This document shows positions 37,862 to 51,334 of a stretch of DNA of 64,000 bases, piece after piece. A program made the translations under genes and the position numbers. The notes under the pieces were generated by a model. It did no database searches. It was given only the letters and a program-made list of their open reading frames with translations, and was not told the origin of the DNA. Source of the DNA: Azolla caroliniana (Eukaryota > Plantae > Polypodiophyta); contig JBHGNT010000008.1 of assembly GCA_043228905.1 (NCBI GenBank), positions 682,001-746,000 of the forward strand, given 5' to 3'. Position 1 is the stretch's first letter, and every line of letters starts with the position of its first letter.

Positions 37862-40800
37862 TCGGAGCGTGCATCTCTGTCACCGGACGAGTCCGGTTAT
37901 ACTTACTTCTCTTATAATCCATTTCCCTTTTGTTGTGCCTTTGCCTTCTCCGTGTCAAGACTGCTTCTACTTATTCCTACTTGTTGCTCGTGGTTCCCTG
38001 AGTCACGAGCCTACATTCTCACTATTTATTGTCTACGACCGGATGGGAACATTTTTGTCCCAGTTCCCTTGCATTCGTTGTCCGGCACCCGAGAATGATC
38101 CGGATCGGATATGCAATAGGCAATCGATCTACTGAAGAACTCTCGAAGAGCATCCTACTTCGACCGGTTCCTTGGTCCGTGACCTCGGTGGCCCTGCCCC
38201 GTTTCGACATGCACGCGCGGATTTCCGCGACATCTTTGGTGAACCCGACGTGAATAGGGGTGATAGAGGTGTCCGAAGATGAAAGGAAGTGAACTAGCAG
38301 AGGCGATGGTGGTAACCGTCAATCGTATAGTAAATGCGGGGGAGGGTACAGATACCCTTGACAAGGCCATAGAGGCGATAGTCGGCATGATAGGCCGGTT
38401 CAATGGGAAAGATGTGACAAGTTACCTAGAGGCCTATCGGGCCGAAATGATAATAAGAGATATTTTGGAGGATAGTCGGTTGTCTGGATTCTCACAGGTG
38501 GTAACACCGGGCATCCACGTGGAAGTGCAGGTAGTGTGCCAGAATTGGGTGGAGTTCGAGAAACGACTACTAGAAAAGTATGGATTCGATTACTCGCTCT
38601 AGTTGTCGAAGCGCGAATTCATGGAGTGGGTCGAGAGCCCCGAAAAGGGGAGGAACACTTCAACGATCCTCCAAGACTTCGAGATGCGGTTTGCTCGTCT
38701 CTTAGTGTTGGATCGGACAATGCTCGATATGAGTGGTATTCATCAAGTTTGTTGATGTGGATGATCGAGAGAAGGTGGGCCTTCTACTCGAGACAGACGA
38801 GGGTCTCTTGACAAACTGGGCCGCGATGAAGAGGGTTTGTTGCACCAATGAGGTGACGTCTGTGGTTGCACCGGTTGCTGGTAAAAAGCCAGGAGAAGCA
38901 GTCCCACCGCAATCGGAAGAGATGAGGAATTGGCTTAAGTCAGGGATGATTCTAGCTAACGTGGTTGACGGACCAGCCGGAGGCGCAACACTCGAAGAGC
39001 GGACCAAGATGGTGCGGGACCTCTAGATTGCACAGGTTGGGAGGGACAACGAGGGTCAATCACGCGACCAAGGCCGCCGTTCGAACAAAAGTGTATATGG
39101 TGTGACGTCGTCAGTCAACGGTCAGAGGAACTGTGCTGAATTTACAAAGGCACCTAAGAATAACGTGGTGTACCTTTGGACGGTCGGGTGCATGCCAGTG
39201 AGACACAGAGACCCATAGGGGTGAACATCGGCCGAGGCGGAATGAAGAGGCTGATGGAGGAGGCTGCAGGCTGACATGTTGAGACTATTCACTACTCGAC
39301 TTCCGCTGGGATCCGGGCAGGAGGAGAAAGGAGCACCAATTCCGAATTCTGGTCGCTAGTGTTGGAGGGATTGTCTGGGGTAAGACTGAGGAAAGAAGAG
39401 GCGGATTGCGCGGAGAGGCGGGTCCAGGAGGTCCCTAGGTGGAACAACCCGGTCGAAGAAAAGACTGGCTTCATGGAGGCCGCGTGCCAAAACTTCGCGT
39501 AGAAGACAAATGGGCCGTGTTGAGCGAGCAAGCTCAACCGGATCCGGATCGGCATTCGGAAGGATGAGCTAGATTTGTATTCGAAAACAACCAGCCGGAT
39601 TGGGGAGACGGATCGGAGAGCCGGATTCGAGCGGGAACCAGAAGCTTAGTAGTAGCCTAGACTACTAGGTAATCATTGTCTCGTAGTTAGTGTCAGTCGC
39701 ACGTAGGAATATTGAAGTACCTGTCAGTACTTCTGTTAGTCCTTTGTGGACTTGTATAAATAGTGTTGTTATAGCACATTGTATAAAAAGAGTTTTAGGC
39801 TTATTTTTAAACCTACTTTTACGTTCTACTCTCTCTGTCTCTGTCTCTCCCGTGTATACTCTTTGTGCATTAAGCTTCTCCATTAAACCTTCATCTTATT
39901 CTCTGTTGCTATCCGGCAGAGCCGGTTCTGTCTAACGCTTCCGCATGTTAACATTCACATGGTATCAAAGCGCGAGGGTTGAGAGCCTCTGTAGCCGACA
40001 CTTGCTTTCATAGACGAACCCTTGAACCCGGTAACAACAGACAGAGAGAAGATATGGACAAAGGAATGGCAAGTTCACTTCCAACAGAGAAGCTCGACCG
40101 GAACAACTACGCGTCCTGGTCGTACAAGAAGCACCACTACCTGTTGGGGCATGGATATTGGAGCTTCGTGGAAAGAACAAACGAGGTAGCGCCGGAGCCG
40201 CCACACGAGGACTTCCCAGTATGGGAGCAAGGAGCGAGCCGAGTATTGTACTGCCAGGCGTCTTGTGTGCACGACCAAATGCTCGACTACATAAAGAATG
40301 CAAAAACGCCGAAGGAGGCCTAGGGAAATCTGAGGAATATTTTCGCTGCGAGTACCACAACCCGTAAGTTGCAGCTCTGGCAAGAGCTGAACAACATCCA
40401 ACAAAGAGACATGTCGGTTACGGACTACACCACCAAAATAAAGGAGATTTGTGACGCGCTCGAGTCCATCAACGTGACAGTGGACGAAGATGAGATGGTT
40501 CAAATTTGCCTCGGTGGTCTAGCACAATGGTACGAGCCAATCCGAACGACGATCTGCACCTTGGAGAAGCTACCGTCCTTCTTCGACTTACAATCAATGT
40601 TGATGGTCAAAGAACACCACGCGAGTGGGTTGAGGACCACTCAATCGGACAATCGGATGTTGTACACGGAGTCGGATCGGCCCCGTGGACGTGGAGGACG
40701 AGGTGGGTCGGCACGCAATGGAGGCAGCCGGCAAGAGCAGGACCGAAGGCACATAGACAATGCTGACAGTAATTCCGGACCCTCCACAAGCAGGGGGAGT

Positions 40801-42196
40801 CAAAGCGGCATCGGGAACCGGCAAGGAAAGGCCGACACGGAATGCTGGTATTGTGGCAAAAAGGGCCACAGGGAAAGCGAGTGTTGTAAGAAGCGCGCCG
40901 ATTCGGACAAATCTGGATCCAGAACCGGGAAGACCGGAAAGGGGCCAACCTTCGTGATGAAGCACAAGGCTAACTCGATGAAGAAGACTACTTCCAAATC
41001 GGAGGAAGTATGGTATGTTGATTCCGGAGCGTCCAACCACATGACGAGCCATGAAGAGTGGTTCTCTTTTTTGGAAAAACTGGAACAACCGGGGATTGTC
41101 AAAACTGGAGACGACACCCCTCACCCGATCGTGCATGTCAGAGAAGTCCCTTGAAGCCATGCCGGACAAACGGGGAAGCTAATGAACACACTACACGTTT
41201 CGACTATCACAAAGAACCTGGTGTCGGTTGGACAAATCGTCGACCAGGGGATGCAAGTGCGGTTTACGCACCTTGGGTGCTTCATCGAGGAAGAAGGCCG
41301 GATAATTGTGCAAGGGCACAGAGAAGGGAGGATGTTCATCCTCGAGACTAATGACGTCAACACTGCCATGTTTGCCAAAGGACAAAAGATTGAATCACAC
41401 ATCGATCTCTGGCACAAGCGGATCGGCCACGTCAATTACCGGAGGCTTCAGGACCTACAATCGAAACAGGTTGTGTTCAACTTGCCGAAATTCAGTGGTC
41501 GGAAGGGCCAAGTTTGTGAAGCCTGCCAAGTCGGGAAGCAATATCGGCTTCCATTCCCCCCCGAACGAAACCGGAGCCATATCAAGTTCGATTTAATCCA
41601 TTCGGATGTATGGGGACTGACACAAAACATTAGTCTTGGCGGGAGTCGGTATTTCGTCTCCTTCATTGACGACTACAACCAACACACGTGGATCTACCTC
41701 ATCGAGAAGAAAAGCGAAGTCTTCGAATGTTTTTGGAGCCTTCAAAGCTTAGTTGAACAGGAAACAGAGAGGAAGATCAAGTGTCTGCGGTCGGATGGCG
41801 GAAAAGAATATTTTTTCACCAATTCATCCATTATCTGCGGCAAAAGGGAATTCAGAGAGAATTCAGATGTAGATACACACCGAAGCAAAACGGTGTAGCC
41901 GAAAGGAAGAACCGGTCGATTGTCAATGTGGCAAGGGCAATGTTAGAGGAGAAGAGAATGACCCAATTCTACTGGGTTGGGGCAGTCTGGACGACCGTCT
42001 ACATCCAAAACCTGATTGGAGACAAGGTGTCAGCACATGAGTTGTATTTCCGGCGGAAGCCGAATTTGAGGCACCTTCGGATATTCGGTAGCATAGCATA
42101 TGTGCATGTACCGGATGAGAAGTGGAAGAAGCTAGATCCGAAGTCGGAGAAGTGCATCCTAGTTGGTTACTTGCATCAGCAAAAGGGGTATAAGTG

Positions 42197-42264
42197 TGTT
42201 AAGAATTGAGTTTGTGGTGATTGCAATGCAACGGAAGATGAAAGACTATGTGTGTGTGTGTAAC

Positions 42265-42300
<36 letters not shown>

Positions 42301-45300
42301 AAAGTGTATATGATATTAACAAGACGAAATACATCTAACAACAGTCACTAAGTTACAATGAGTTGGTTTATATACCAACTAAGCTAGGGCAAGCGCCCTT
42401 TCTGCTATTTACAAAATGAAGGGAACTCAACGCTCCTTATACACAACGCTCGGCCACAACCGAGCTTCTTTTCATACACAGGAAACAGGAAACGAAAACA
42501 CGCGACACAAAGGAGAGAAAAGGGTACACAGAATGTTTACGTGGAAAACCCAAAGAGGGAAAAACCACGGCAGCCCACAGGCTGCAAACTATCACTAAGT
42601 TGGAATGTACAAAACAGTGAGTTCACGAAGGCAACAAGCTCGTGCTCACGATCTTCGCCACAGGCGGCGGTTACAACAGAGGCAACGACCTCTTTCTCTC
42701 TCTCTCTCTGTACACTGTTACGTGCTCTCTCTACTTCTTGCACCAACAAGAAAATGACAACAACTACAACAAAAGTTTGCCCTAAGTCATATTTATACTA
42801 ATATGACTTTTCGGCTATTTACAAATGTAGCCTCGATGGGCTCTCAAAAACATATTTACGAATATGTCTCTTCCTCCGGTTCGCACCGGGTCTGCGTCAT
42901 CCGGCTCTCCGTAGCCGGGTGCTCCTCATCCGGTTCTCACCGGTTCTGCACCATCCGGCTCTCCGTAGCCGGGTACTCCTCATCCGGTTCACACCGGGCC
43001 TGCACCATCCGGCTCTCCGTAGCCGGGTACTCCTCATCCGGTTCACACCGGGCCTGCACCATCCGGCTCTCCGTAGCCGGGTACTCCTCATCTGGTTCAC
43101 ACCGGGCCTGCACCATCCGGCTCTCTGTAGCCGGGTACTCCTCATCCGGTTTCGGCCGAGATTGTTCGTCAGCACTGTTCTTCTCCCTTCCCATCCGGAG
43201 GGACCTGTCTCCCAACACAAAACTAGTATGGTATGTCCATGGGCTAGTGTGAACCTATTCCTATGGGAAGTTGAGTTCGATTCTCAACACACCCCTTCGA
43301 ACACAACTTCCATCTTTTCGGTTTGAAGTTCGGCGTACATATCTGCGTATCAATGCGTATTCTGCGTACTCCCCCTCAAGCTCGGCAATGCATGTGGCAA
43401 AAGACCAAGATCCGATGCGAATTGCCTGAGCTTGTCTACTCCTAAGGCCTTCATAAATATATCAACAACCTGAAGATGTGTGCTGATATGTTGGAGATCG
43501 ATTTCTCCGGCCTGTACGCGCTCGCGGATGAAGTGGTAGTGTACTTCGATGTGTTTAGTCCATGCGTGAAATACGGGGTTACGCGCGAGGTAGATACTAC
43601 TCATGTTGTCGCAGTACATGCATATTGGAACTTTGATGGGTATGCCTAGATCTTTTAGTATACGCTTAAGCCATATGGCTTCGCATGCGGCGATTGTTGC
43701 GCCCTTGTATTCAGCTTCCGTGCTCGACAGTGCGACTGTCGACTGTTTCTTGCTGCTCCAGGAGATCACTCCGCTGCCGAGGGAGAAGACGAATCTGGAT
43801 GTGGATCGTTTATCTGCTTTGTATCCTGCCCAGTCCGCGTCTGTGTACCCTTCAAGTCGAATGGTCGTATTCGACTTATACAAGATGTCATAATCCATTG
43901 TTGTGCTGACATATCGTAGTATCCTCTTAGCGCAATCGAGGTGAAGGTTTCTTGGATTCTGCATGAATTGGCTAAGTAGGCCGACTGAATAATTAAGGTC
44001 GGGTCGTGAAATGGTTAGGTAGATTAGACTGAAGATCAGTTGACGATACTGAGTCGACTGCCGTGCCGGAACTGGCATCGATCTTGAGATTACGTTCAAG
44101 AGGGGTAGTCACAAGTTTACACTCTGTCATTCCGAACTTGTAGTAAGTTGAGAATGTAGTGTCGTTGTGAGATCATTATCCTGACTGGTGTCCGAATTAC
44201 TTCAATACCTAGAAAGTAATGAAGTTCCTATAGGTCCTTCATTTTGAATCTGCTGGAAAGAAGTGATTTAACTTTGTTAATCTCGGCGAGATCCTTTCCT
44301 CCGATAACCAAGTCATCCACGTATAGAATGATGACTATCGGGCTATTCGACTCATTTCGGATGTACAAAGATGTATCGGATTTTGACATCCGAAATCCAA
44401 CTTGGTGAAGATACAACGTGATCTTCGAGTGCCAAGCATGCGGTGCTTGTTTGAGGCCGTAGAGTCGCTTCTTGAGTCGGCATACGACATGCGGATGATT
44501 ACGCGATTCGAATCCGGGTGGTTGTGTCATATACACCTCTTCTTCTAGCTCTCCTTGGAGGAATGCATTTTTCACGTCCATCTGATGGAGGTGCCACCCT
44601 TTTGTTGCTGCTAGCGCGATTACGGTCCGTACTGTCGTCATCTTTGCCACCGGGGCAAAGGTTTCTTCGTAATCTACGCCGTGTGTCTATGCGTAGCCTT
44701 TTGCAACGACCTGTGCTTTGAAGCGATTTACGGAACCATCCGCATTGTGCTTCACCTTGTAAATCCACCTGCAACCAATTGGTTTCTTGTTCGGGGGGGT
44801 GAGGAACGAGATCCCATGTCTCGTTTTTGTATAACGCTTCCATCTCCTCATTCATCACGTTGGCCCATTGCGGATCCTTTGCGGCTTCGGAAAGCGTTTC
44901 CGGTTCCCATATTGACGCTACCTTCATCATGAATGCGTAATGATACACCATGTACTCGTCGTAGCCGTAGCGGTTTACGGGGTTCTTCTCGCGCTTGGAT
45001 CGGTGTGGCTTGTCATTTGCGGATTCCAGAGGTTTCTTCACGCCGTCCGTGTGGATGTCAAGGCCTTCGAACTCACTGTCGAGATCGAAATGATCTTCAT
45101 ACTCTTGCATTTTCACCTTGCCTTTGTCTAGTAGTGGACTTGGCCGAGATGTGCTTTGATCACTTGGGGACTCTTGTGGTTCGCTTAACCATGTCGAAAT
45201 TGAACTTTCTTCATGTATATGTGTGAGACGATCTTCGGCTTCTATTCTTATTTCGGAGTCATCCACGTTGAGCGGAGTCGAAGTATTCTCTGTTGCGTAC

Positions 45301-47707
45301 CAGGATGCGGACTCGTCGAAGACTACATCTCGATTGATGCGAACTTTTCGGTTAGATGGGTTGTAGCACTTGTACCCCTTTTGTTTGAGTGAGTATCCTA
45401 CGAGGATACATTTCTCCGACTTCGGATCGAGCTTTTGTCGCGTATCGTCGGGAATATGTATGTAGGCGATAGAGCCGAAAATGCGGACATGTGATAAGTT
45501 CGGCTTCTTTCCAAATAACTTCTCATGAGGAGTATGTCGTGTACTCTTGAGGTTGTGCACCTATTCATGAGGAATACGGCTGTGTTCACTACTTCTGCCC
45601 AGTACGATTTTGGCAGGTTCTTCTCATTCATCATGGCTCGTGCGACTTCTACTATGTGGCGGTTTTTACGCTCAGCTACGCCGTTTTGCTGAGGTGTATG
45701 TCGACACAAGAACTCTCGTCGGATTCCTTCCTTGCAGAGATACGCCGAGAACTCATCCGAAAAATATTCTTTGCCTCCATCTGATCGAAGGCAACGTACA
45801 TGCCGGCCCGTGGCTTTTTCCACTTCGGCTTTGAATTTCTGGAAGTGGCCGAACACTTCACTCTTTTGCTTCATTGGATAAATTCGGGTATTTCTGGAGA
45901 AGTCATCGATGAACGTGACATAGTAACGGCGTCCATCGAAAGTAGCTATTTGGGCTGGTCCCCACACATCTAAAGTATAACATCTAGGATCCCTTTGCTT
46001 ACATTCCGCTCTTTTCATAATGGATGACGACGTTGTTTTCCGAATTGGCATGCTTCGCACACGCTCTTGATCTCCTTTGCCGTAAAGTTCAGGAGTCTGA
46101 TTACGACTCCTTTTGTTTGCATGTTCTGAAGCTTCTGGAGATTGATGTGGCCGATTCTCTTGTGCCACAATTTTAAGTCGGTTTCGACTTTCTGGCCCTT
46201 TGCGTACATAGCCAACTTTACTTCGCTTGACTCGAGGATGAACATACGGCCTTCTCGTCTGCCGTGAGCTATGATTTGATCGCCTTTTTCAATGAAGCAT
46301 GCATCATTGTTGAAGCGTACCTGCATTCCTTGTTCTACAATCTGGACGACCGAGACCATATTTTTTGTGATGGTGGGAACATGCAGTACGTTCTTGAGGT
46401 AGGTCTGTTCGCCGTCGTTTCCGAATGGGACATTCCCGATATGTTGTATTGGATGAGTCATATCATCGCTTGTTTCGACATATCCGGGACGTTCGGGCTT
46501 CCATAATTCCCGAAACCAATCTTCATGGGAAGTCATGTGATTGGAAGCTCTTGAATCGACAAACCATACACTATTAGGAGCGTAGGCGCTGGTTGTCGCA
46601 AATGCAGACATCGAGTGTGCTTTGTGCTTCATTATGAACATTCTGCTACGGTCGTTGTAGTCGGAGTTCGTGGCGTAATTTGTCAGTTGTCGGCCTACCT
46701 CACGGTTCTTCTTCCGGCACTCCTCTTCGTAGTGGCCGGGTTTTCGGCAATACCCGCACTCGACTGGGTTTCGGCGATTGCTTGGTCCGGCGTTATGACT
46801 CCCCCTTCCGTCGAACTCTCTAGGACCATTTCTATCCGTTTGCCATTGGTGAGAGTTACGCTCTTGATTTTGCTGATCATTACGACCTTGTCCGAAGCGA
46901 CCTCTATGACATCGGCCGAAATTCCTTCTATCATTCGACTGGGAGTAGAGCATATGACCATCTAGTGTGTTGCTCCTCTGCCAGACGTGATTCTCTTCGA
47001 CCAACAATATCGACTGAAGGTCGAAGAAGGAGGGAGGATTCTCCCTTACGAGAATAGCTGATCTAATCGCGCCGAAACGCGGTGCTAAGCCTCTGAGGCA
47101 TATATGCACCGGTTCGTCATCGTCAATGACAACGTTGATCGATCCGAGGGCGTCACATAACTCCTTGATCTTCAAGGTATAGCTTGAGATTGACATGTCC
47201 CTCTATTGGATGCTATTCAGCTCCTAACGAAGCTGGAGCTTGCGTGCGGCCGTGTTGGCTGCGAAAATCTTTTTGAGATTTCCCCATGCTTGCTTCAACA
47301 TTTTTACCTCTCGAATGTAGCCAAGCATGTGATCATGAACGCATGATGCAAGGCAATACAACACACGGCTTGCGGCCTGCTCCCAAGTGGGATAATCGGC
47401 GTGTGTTGGGTTGGGGTGTGATTCGTGAGCTCCTTCGATGTAGCTCCTGTAGCCTTGTCCAACAAGATATTGATGCATCTTGTATTCCCAGAGATGCAAA
47501 GTTCATTCTATTGAGCTTCTTGGTGGGAAGAGCGCTTCCCATTTGAGTATTCATGGTGATTTCTTCTCTATTGATGGGCCGGTTCTATTGATCGTCGACG
47601 TGCAACACAACACGGTCGAAAATGCTTGATCGGGCAACCACACGCTCTGATACCATGTTAAGAATTGAGTCTGTGGTGATTGCAATGCAACGGAAGATGA
47701 GAGATAG
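42197..47707 (-). mobile_element. Nested Ty1/copia element in opposite orientation: 3' LTR complete, 5' LTR truncated
   Basis: LTR 42197-43289 (TGTT...AACA). PPT complement CACCCCTT. RH/RT/IN/PR/gag fragments at 43350-47554. PBS complement GCTCTGATACCA 47644-47655. The second LTR starts at 47656 with the same TGTTAAGAATTGAG but diverges after about 50 bp. Confidence 0.93.
42869..43152. repeat. 54-bp tandem array (about 5.3 copies) inside the copia LTR
   Basis: Unit CCGGCTCTCCGTAGCCGGGTACTCCTCATCCGGTTCACACCGGGCCTGCACCAT starts at 42901, 42955, 43009, 43063 and 43117. Confidence 0.95.
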
Positions 47708-48166
47708 TACATTGTGTTGTGTTAACCATATGGAAACTCTTGTGAACTATCCACATTTGATTGTGAACTTGTATATATTGTAGAGTCTAGTGTATAGTAC
47801 ATTCAAGAATATTCTAGTCATTAATATATTCTAGAATTATTATGTGGTATATTCTAAACGGGTATATTCACGAGATATTTCTCGAGTATATTCTAGAGAT
47901 AATCAATCTCGAAAATTGTATAAATACTTGTAACATCCTTGGTCCCTTTCAAGGGATTCAACACCAGTCAATTGACACATCAATCTAGTATTCTCATTTC
48001 ACCTCATCTTTGTCTCCTTGATCTTTATTTCTGTCTTCATGCCCCCTCATGTCACTCACAACATCTAGAGTTCCTAGTCTCGTCACATCTAGCTCCAAGT
48101 TCATCCATTGCTCGTAGCCCCATAATTTGTGCTCCGTCCCAGTCCGTGCTTGGTGTGTCAGTGACA
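47708..48166 (+). mobile_element. Probable orphan LTR fragment of another family, ending ...GTGACA
   Basis: AT-rich segment with TATAAATA (about 47919) that is unrelated to the flanking LTRs. It ends in GTGACA exactly where the outer copia coding sequence resumes. Confidence 0.55.
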
Positions 48167-51100
48167 GTTTGAAGTGAGTAGTGGAGACTCTACCGTGCTC
48201 TCCCTGCGCAAGGAACCGAGGAGACGGTTCATGCACAAAGAGAAAGGGAAATGTCGGAGCACGAAACTGGCAACGTTGAGTCAAATCGGAGCGAATCCGA
48301 CTCCGGAAAGGATGAAAGAGGATCTTCAGGAACGAAGTCCGAACCGGCCAAGAAGGGCCCCAAACCGGTTGATGACAAGTTACGCCGGTCTTCCCGCCAG
48401 AAGAACCCCGTTACGCGGTACGGGTACAATGAGTACATCGCGCATCACTATGCATAAATGACCAAAGTGGCGGAAGTGCATGAGCTGGAGAGCTATGCAG
48501 AAGTAGCAAAGGATGCAAATTGGCGTGCCACTATGGAAGAAGAAATGTGGGCATTTGATGCCAACGACACATGGGACCTCGTTGACCCTCCCCGATATTG
48601 TAAACCGATCGGTTGCAAATGGGTGTACATGGTAAAGTACAATGCCGATGGTTCGGTTAACCGGTACAAGGCTCAGTTAGTGGCGAAGGGATACGCACAA
48701 ACCCACGGAATCGACTACGACGAGACCTTCGCTCCGGTAGCGAAGATGACGATGGTTTGTGTGGTACTGGCAATTGCTACGGTAGGGGGGTGGCATCTTC
48801 ACCAGATGGACGTGAAGAATGTGTTTCTTCAAGGTGACTTGAAGAACGGGTCTATATGATCCAACCTTCCAGTTTTCAGTCAGAGATGAACAAGTTGGCG
48901 GTGTGACGGCTTAAGAAGTAGCTTTACGGTCTGAAACAAGCCCCCCGAGCTTGGAATGCGAAGATCACGCACCGGTTGCGTAAGATGGGGTTTGTGACCT
49001 CTAAATCCGACTCATCGTTGTTCATAAATGTCTGGATGGTCCGGTTTGCATCTTACTTTATGTAGATGATTTAGTCATCACCAGACCTGGACTAAATCAA
49101 ATCGGTCGTGTCAAGGCCCAGCTGTCAGAAGCATTTGAGATGAAGGACCTGGGGGACCTTCATTATTTTTTTGGGATCGAGGTGATCCAAACCCTCGATG
49201 GCATACTGCTCTCACAAAGACACTATGTGCTTAATATGTTGTACACATTCGGCATGACGGAGTGCCGATCGATCTCCACAAACCTGGACCGGAACCAAAA
49301 GCTCTGTCCCAACTCCAGACTGGCCTAGATGATAAATAGTTTCAACCAATAGTCAAAAGCCTGATATACTTGACAATCACCCGACCCGACATTAGTTATC
49401 TGGTCGGTGTGATAAGCCAATTCATGCAGAAGCCAACCATGGAGCACCTTCAGTGCGCACATCGAATATTGCGGTATGTGAGCGGCACGAAGGACCGGGG
49501 ACTGTTATACCGGCATGGTATAACTGAAGAGCTAGTCGGATACCCAGATGTTGACAGGGTTGGTGATGCATCGGATCGCCAATCCACCTCCGGGTACATG
49601 TTTTCCCTTGGTAGCATAGCTGTTGCATGGAGCAACAAAAAGCAACCAACAGTGGCTCTGTCGAGCACCAAGGCTGAATACCGGGGCACTACCAATGCCA
49701 CCTATGAAGCTATCTAGCTTCGACGACTGCTACGAGATCTCTAGATCGAGGTGTCGACCCCGATCCTAATCTACTATGACAACATAAGCAGCATACAACT
49801 CGCCAAGAACCCTGTATTCCATGCTCAAACAAAGCACATAGAAGTGCATTATCACTTCATGCGTGAGTAGGTCTTGAGCGGTGAAGTCAAACTTTGGTAT
49901 GTTCAGACGGATCGGCAGGTTGCCGACATCTTCACCAAATTGCTCAGGTCGGACAAGTTGCAACACTTCACCGAAATGCTTGGTGTTCAGCATCTCGACA
50001 TGCCGCACTTGAGGGGGAGAACGGGCAAAGGCAAAGAAACTGCTGACGGCACTAGACAAGGAATCGGAAAGGGAAGAACCAACAAAGGGGGAGACAAGAG
50101 GAAAAAGGAAGTCGAGTCGAGGAAGGAAGTCGGCACATCTGAACAAGTCGGAATGAGCGGCAGCGGTGGTAGAGTCAAGAAGGATAGAGTCGACCGGAAG
50201 GAGAAGGCCAAGACTCGGACATGGTCTGATGTGGTGAAGGGCCTGGAACTGGAAGACGAGTTGGAGAACACAGAGTTGGGCAAGAGCGGGAAGGAATCGG
50301 AGACCGCCGATTCGCTTCAACAATTAGATTTAGAGGAGCCGGATCAACTAAAGGCCAAGCGAACACAGACGCAGCGGAAGTCGACACCAACACGAAGGAA
50401 CCGATGGATCGACAAGCATCGGAGTCGCATCAGCGAGGGAGCTGAAATGGGCCTGTTGAGCAGATAGGCCGACCGAGGAGGTCGAGGTGCGCAGAACTAG
50501 AAGGGTCGCGACAAACAGGACCAGACCGGACGAGGAGCGCGAGCAAGGCTGAGCGACGCCAAAAGGAGCTAGGTAGAAGAACCAGCTGCCACGGACACTA
50601 ACACCACGATCTGACCTCAAGTTGAGCTTGAGAGGGAGTGTTGAGCGAGCAAGCTCAACCAGATCCGAATCGGCATCTGGAAGGATGAGCCGGATCGGTA
50701 TCCGGAAACAACCGGTCGGATCGGGGAGCCGGATTCGAGCGGGAACCAGAAGCCTAGTAGTAGCCTAGACTACTAAGTAATCATTGTCTCGTAGTTAGTG
50801 TTAGTCGCACATAGGAATATTGAAGTACTTGCCATTACTTCTGTCAGTCCTTTGTGGACTTGTATAAATAGTGTTGTTATAGCACATTGTATAAAAAGAG
50901 TTTTAGAGTGATTTTTGAATCTACGTTTACGTTCTACTCTCTCTCTCTATCTCTCCCGTGTATACTCTCTGTGTATTAAAGTTCTCCATTAAACCTTCAT
51001 CTTATTCTCTGTTGCTATTCGGTTGAGCCGGTTCTGTCTAACGCTTCCGCACGTTAACATTCACAGGCCGGGAAGAGTGGAGGAGTTGAACCCTCAAACC

Positions 51101-51334
51101 GGTATGAAACTCGGAGCGCGCCAAGGAAGAATGATGGAGGCCTGGTCAGGCTACATGAAAGAACGAAGTTGAAGGGCTTCCGATTGAGCTCGGAGATAGA
51201 GAGGGCGACAGACCTATGAAAGGGCTTGGAAGAACGGATCCTTGATAGCAAGGTAGAGCTCTCGTTGAGAGAAGTGTTGGGAATTTCAAGGAAAGAATTC
51301 CACGACTCCATCGTGGATCTAATGAAACCACGAG

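Larger units (their letters stand above)
39518..51065 (+). mobile_element. Ty1/copia element with both LTRs and TSD GGCCG, degenerate, itself interrupted
   Basis: 5' LTR 39518-39959, PBS TGGTATCAAAGC 39960-39971 (tRNA-iMet), gag (CWYCGKKGHRESEC), PR (WYVDSGASNHM), IN up to GYKC at 42196. RT/RH at about 48167-50010. PPT TTGAGAGGGAG, 3' LTR 50639-51065. GGCCG at 39513-39517 and 51066-51070. Confidence 0.96.
37335..51330 (+). mobile_element. Second, older tRNA-Trp gypsy element (5' LTR + degenerate gag), split by a copia insertion and 3'-truncated
   Basis: LTR 37335-38232 (TGTCGTGAAGA...CGACA, contains (GT)n at about 37810-37859). PBS 38237-38254. Gag 38279-39517 is homologous to ORF1 at 88. 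Gag resumes at 51071 (NRYETRSA...ERILDSKVELSLREVLGISRKEFHDSIVDL) and breaks off at about 51330. Confidence 0.92.

Noticed and set aside
42715-42745. CGTGCTCTCTCT resembling a miR156/miR535 target
   Set aside because: Only a partial match within a CT-rich LTR stretch, and the seed-pairing end does not match.
42869-43152. CRISPR-like palindromic repeat array
   Set aside because: The units are contiguous with no unique spacers, there are no cas genes, and the context is a eukaryotic LTR. The repetitive ORFs over it are artefacts.
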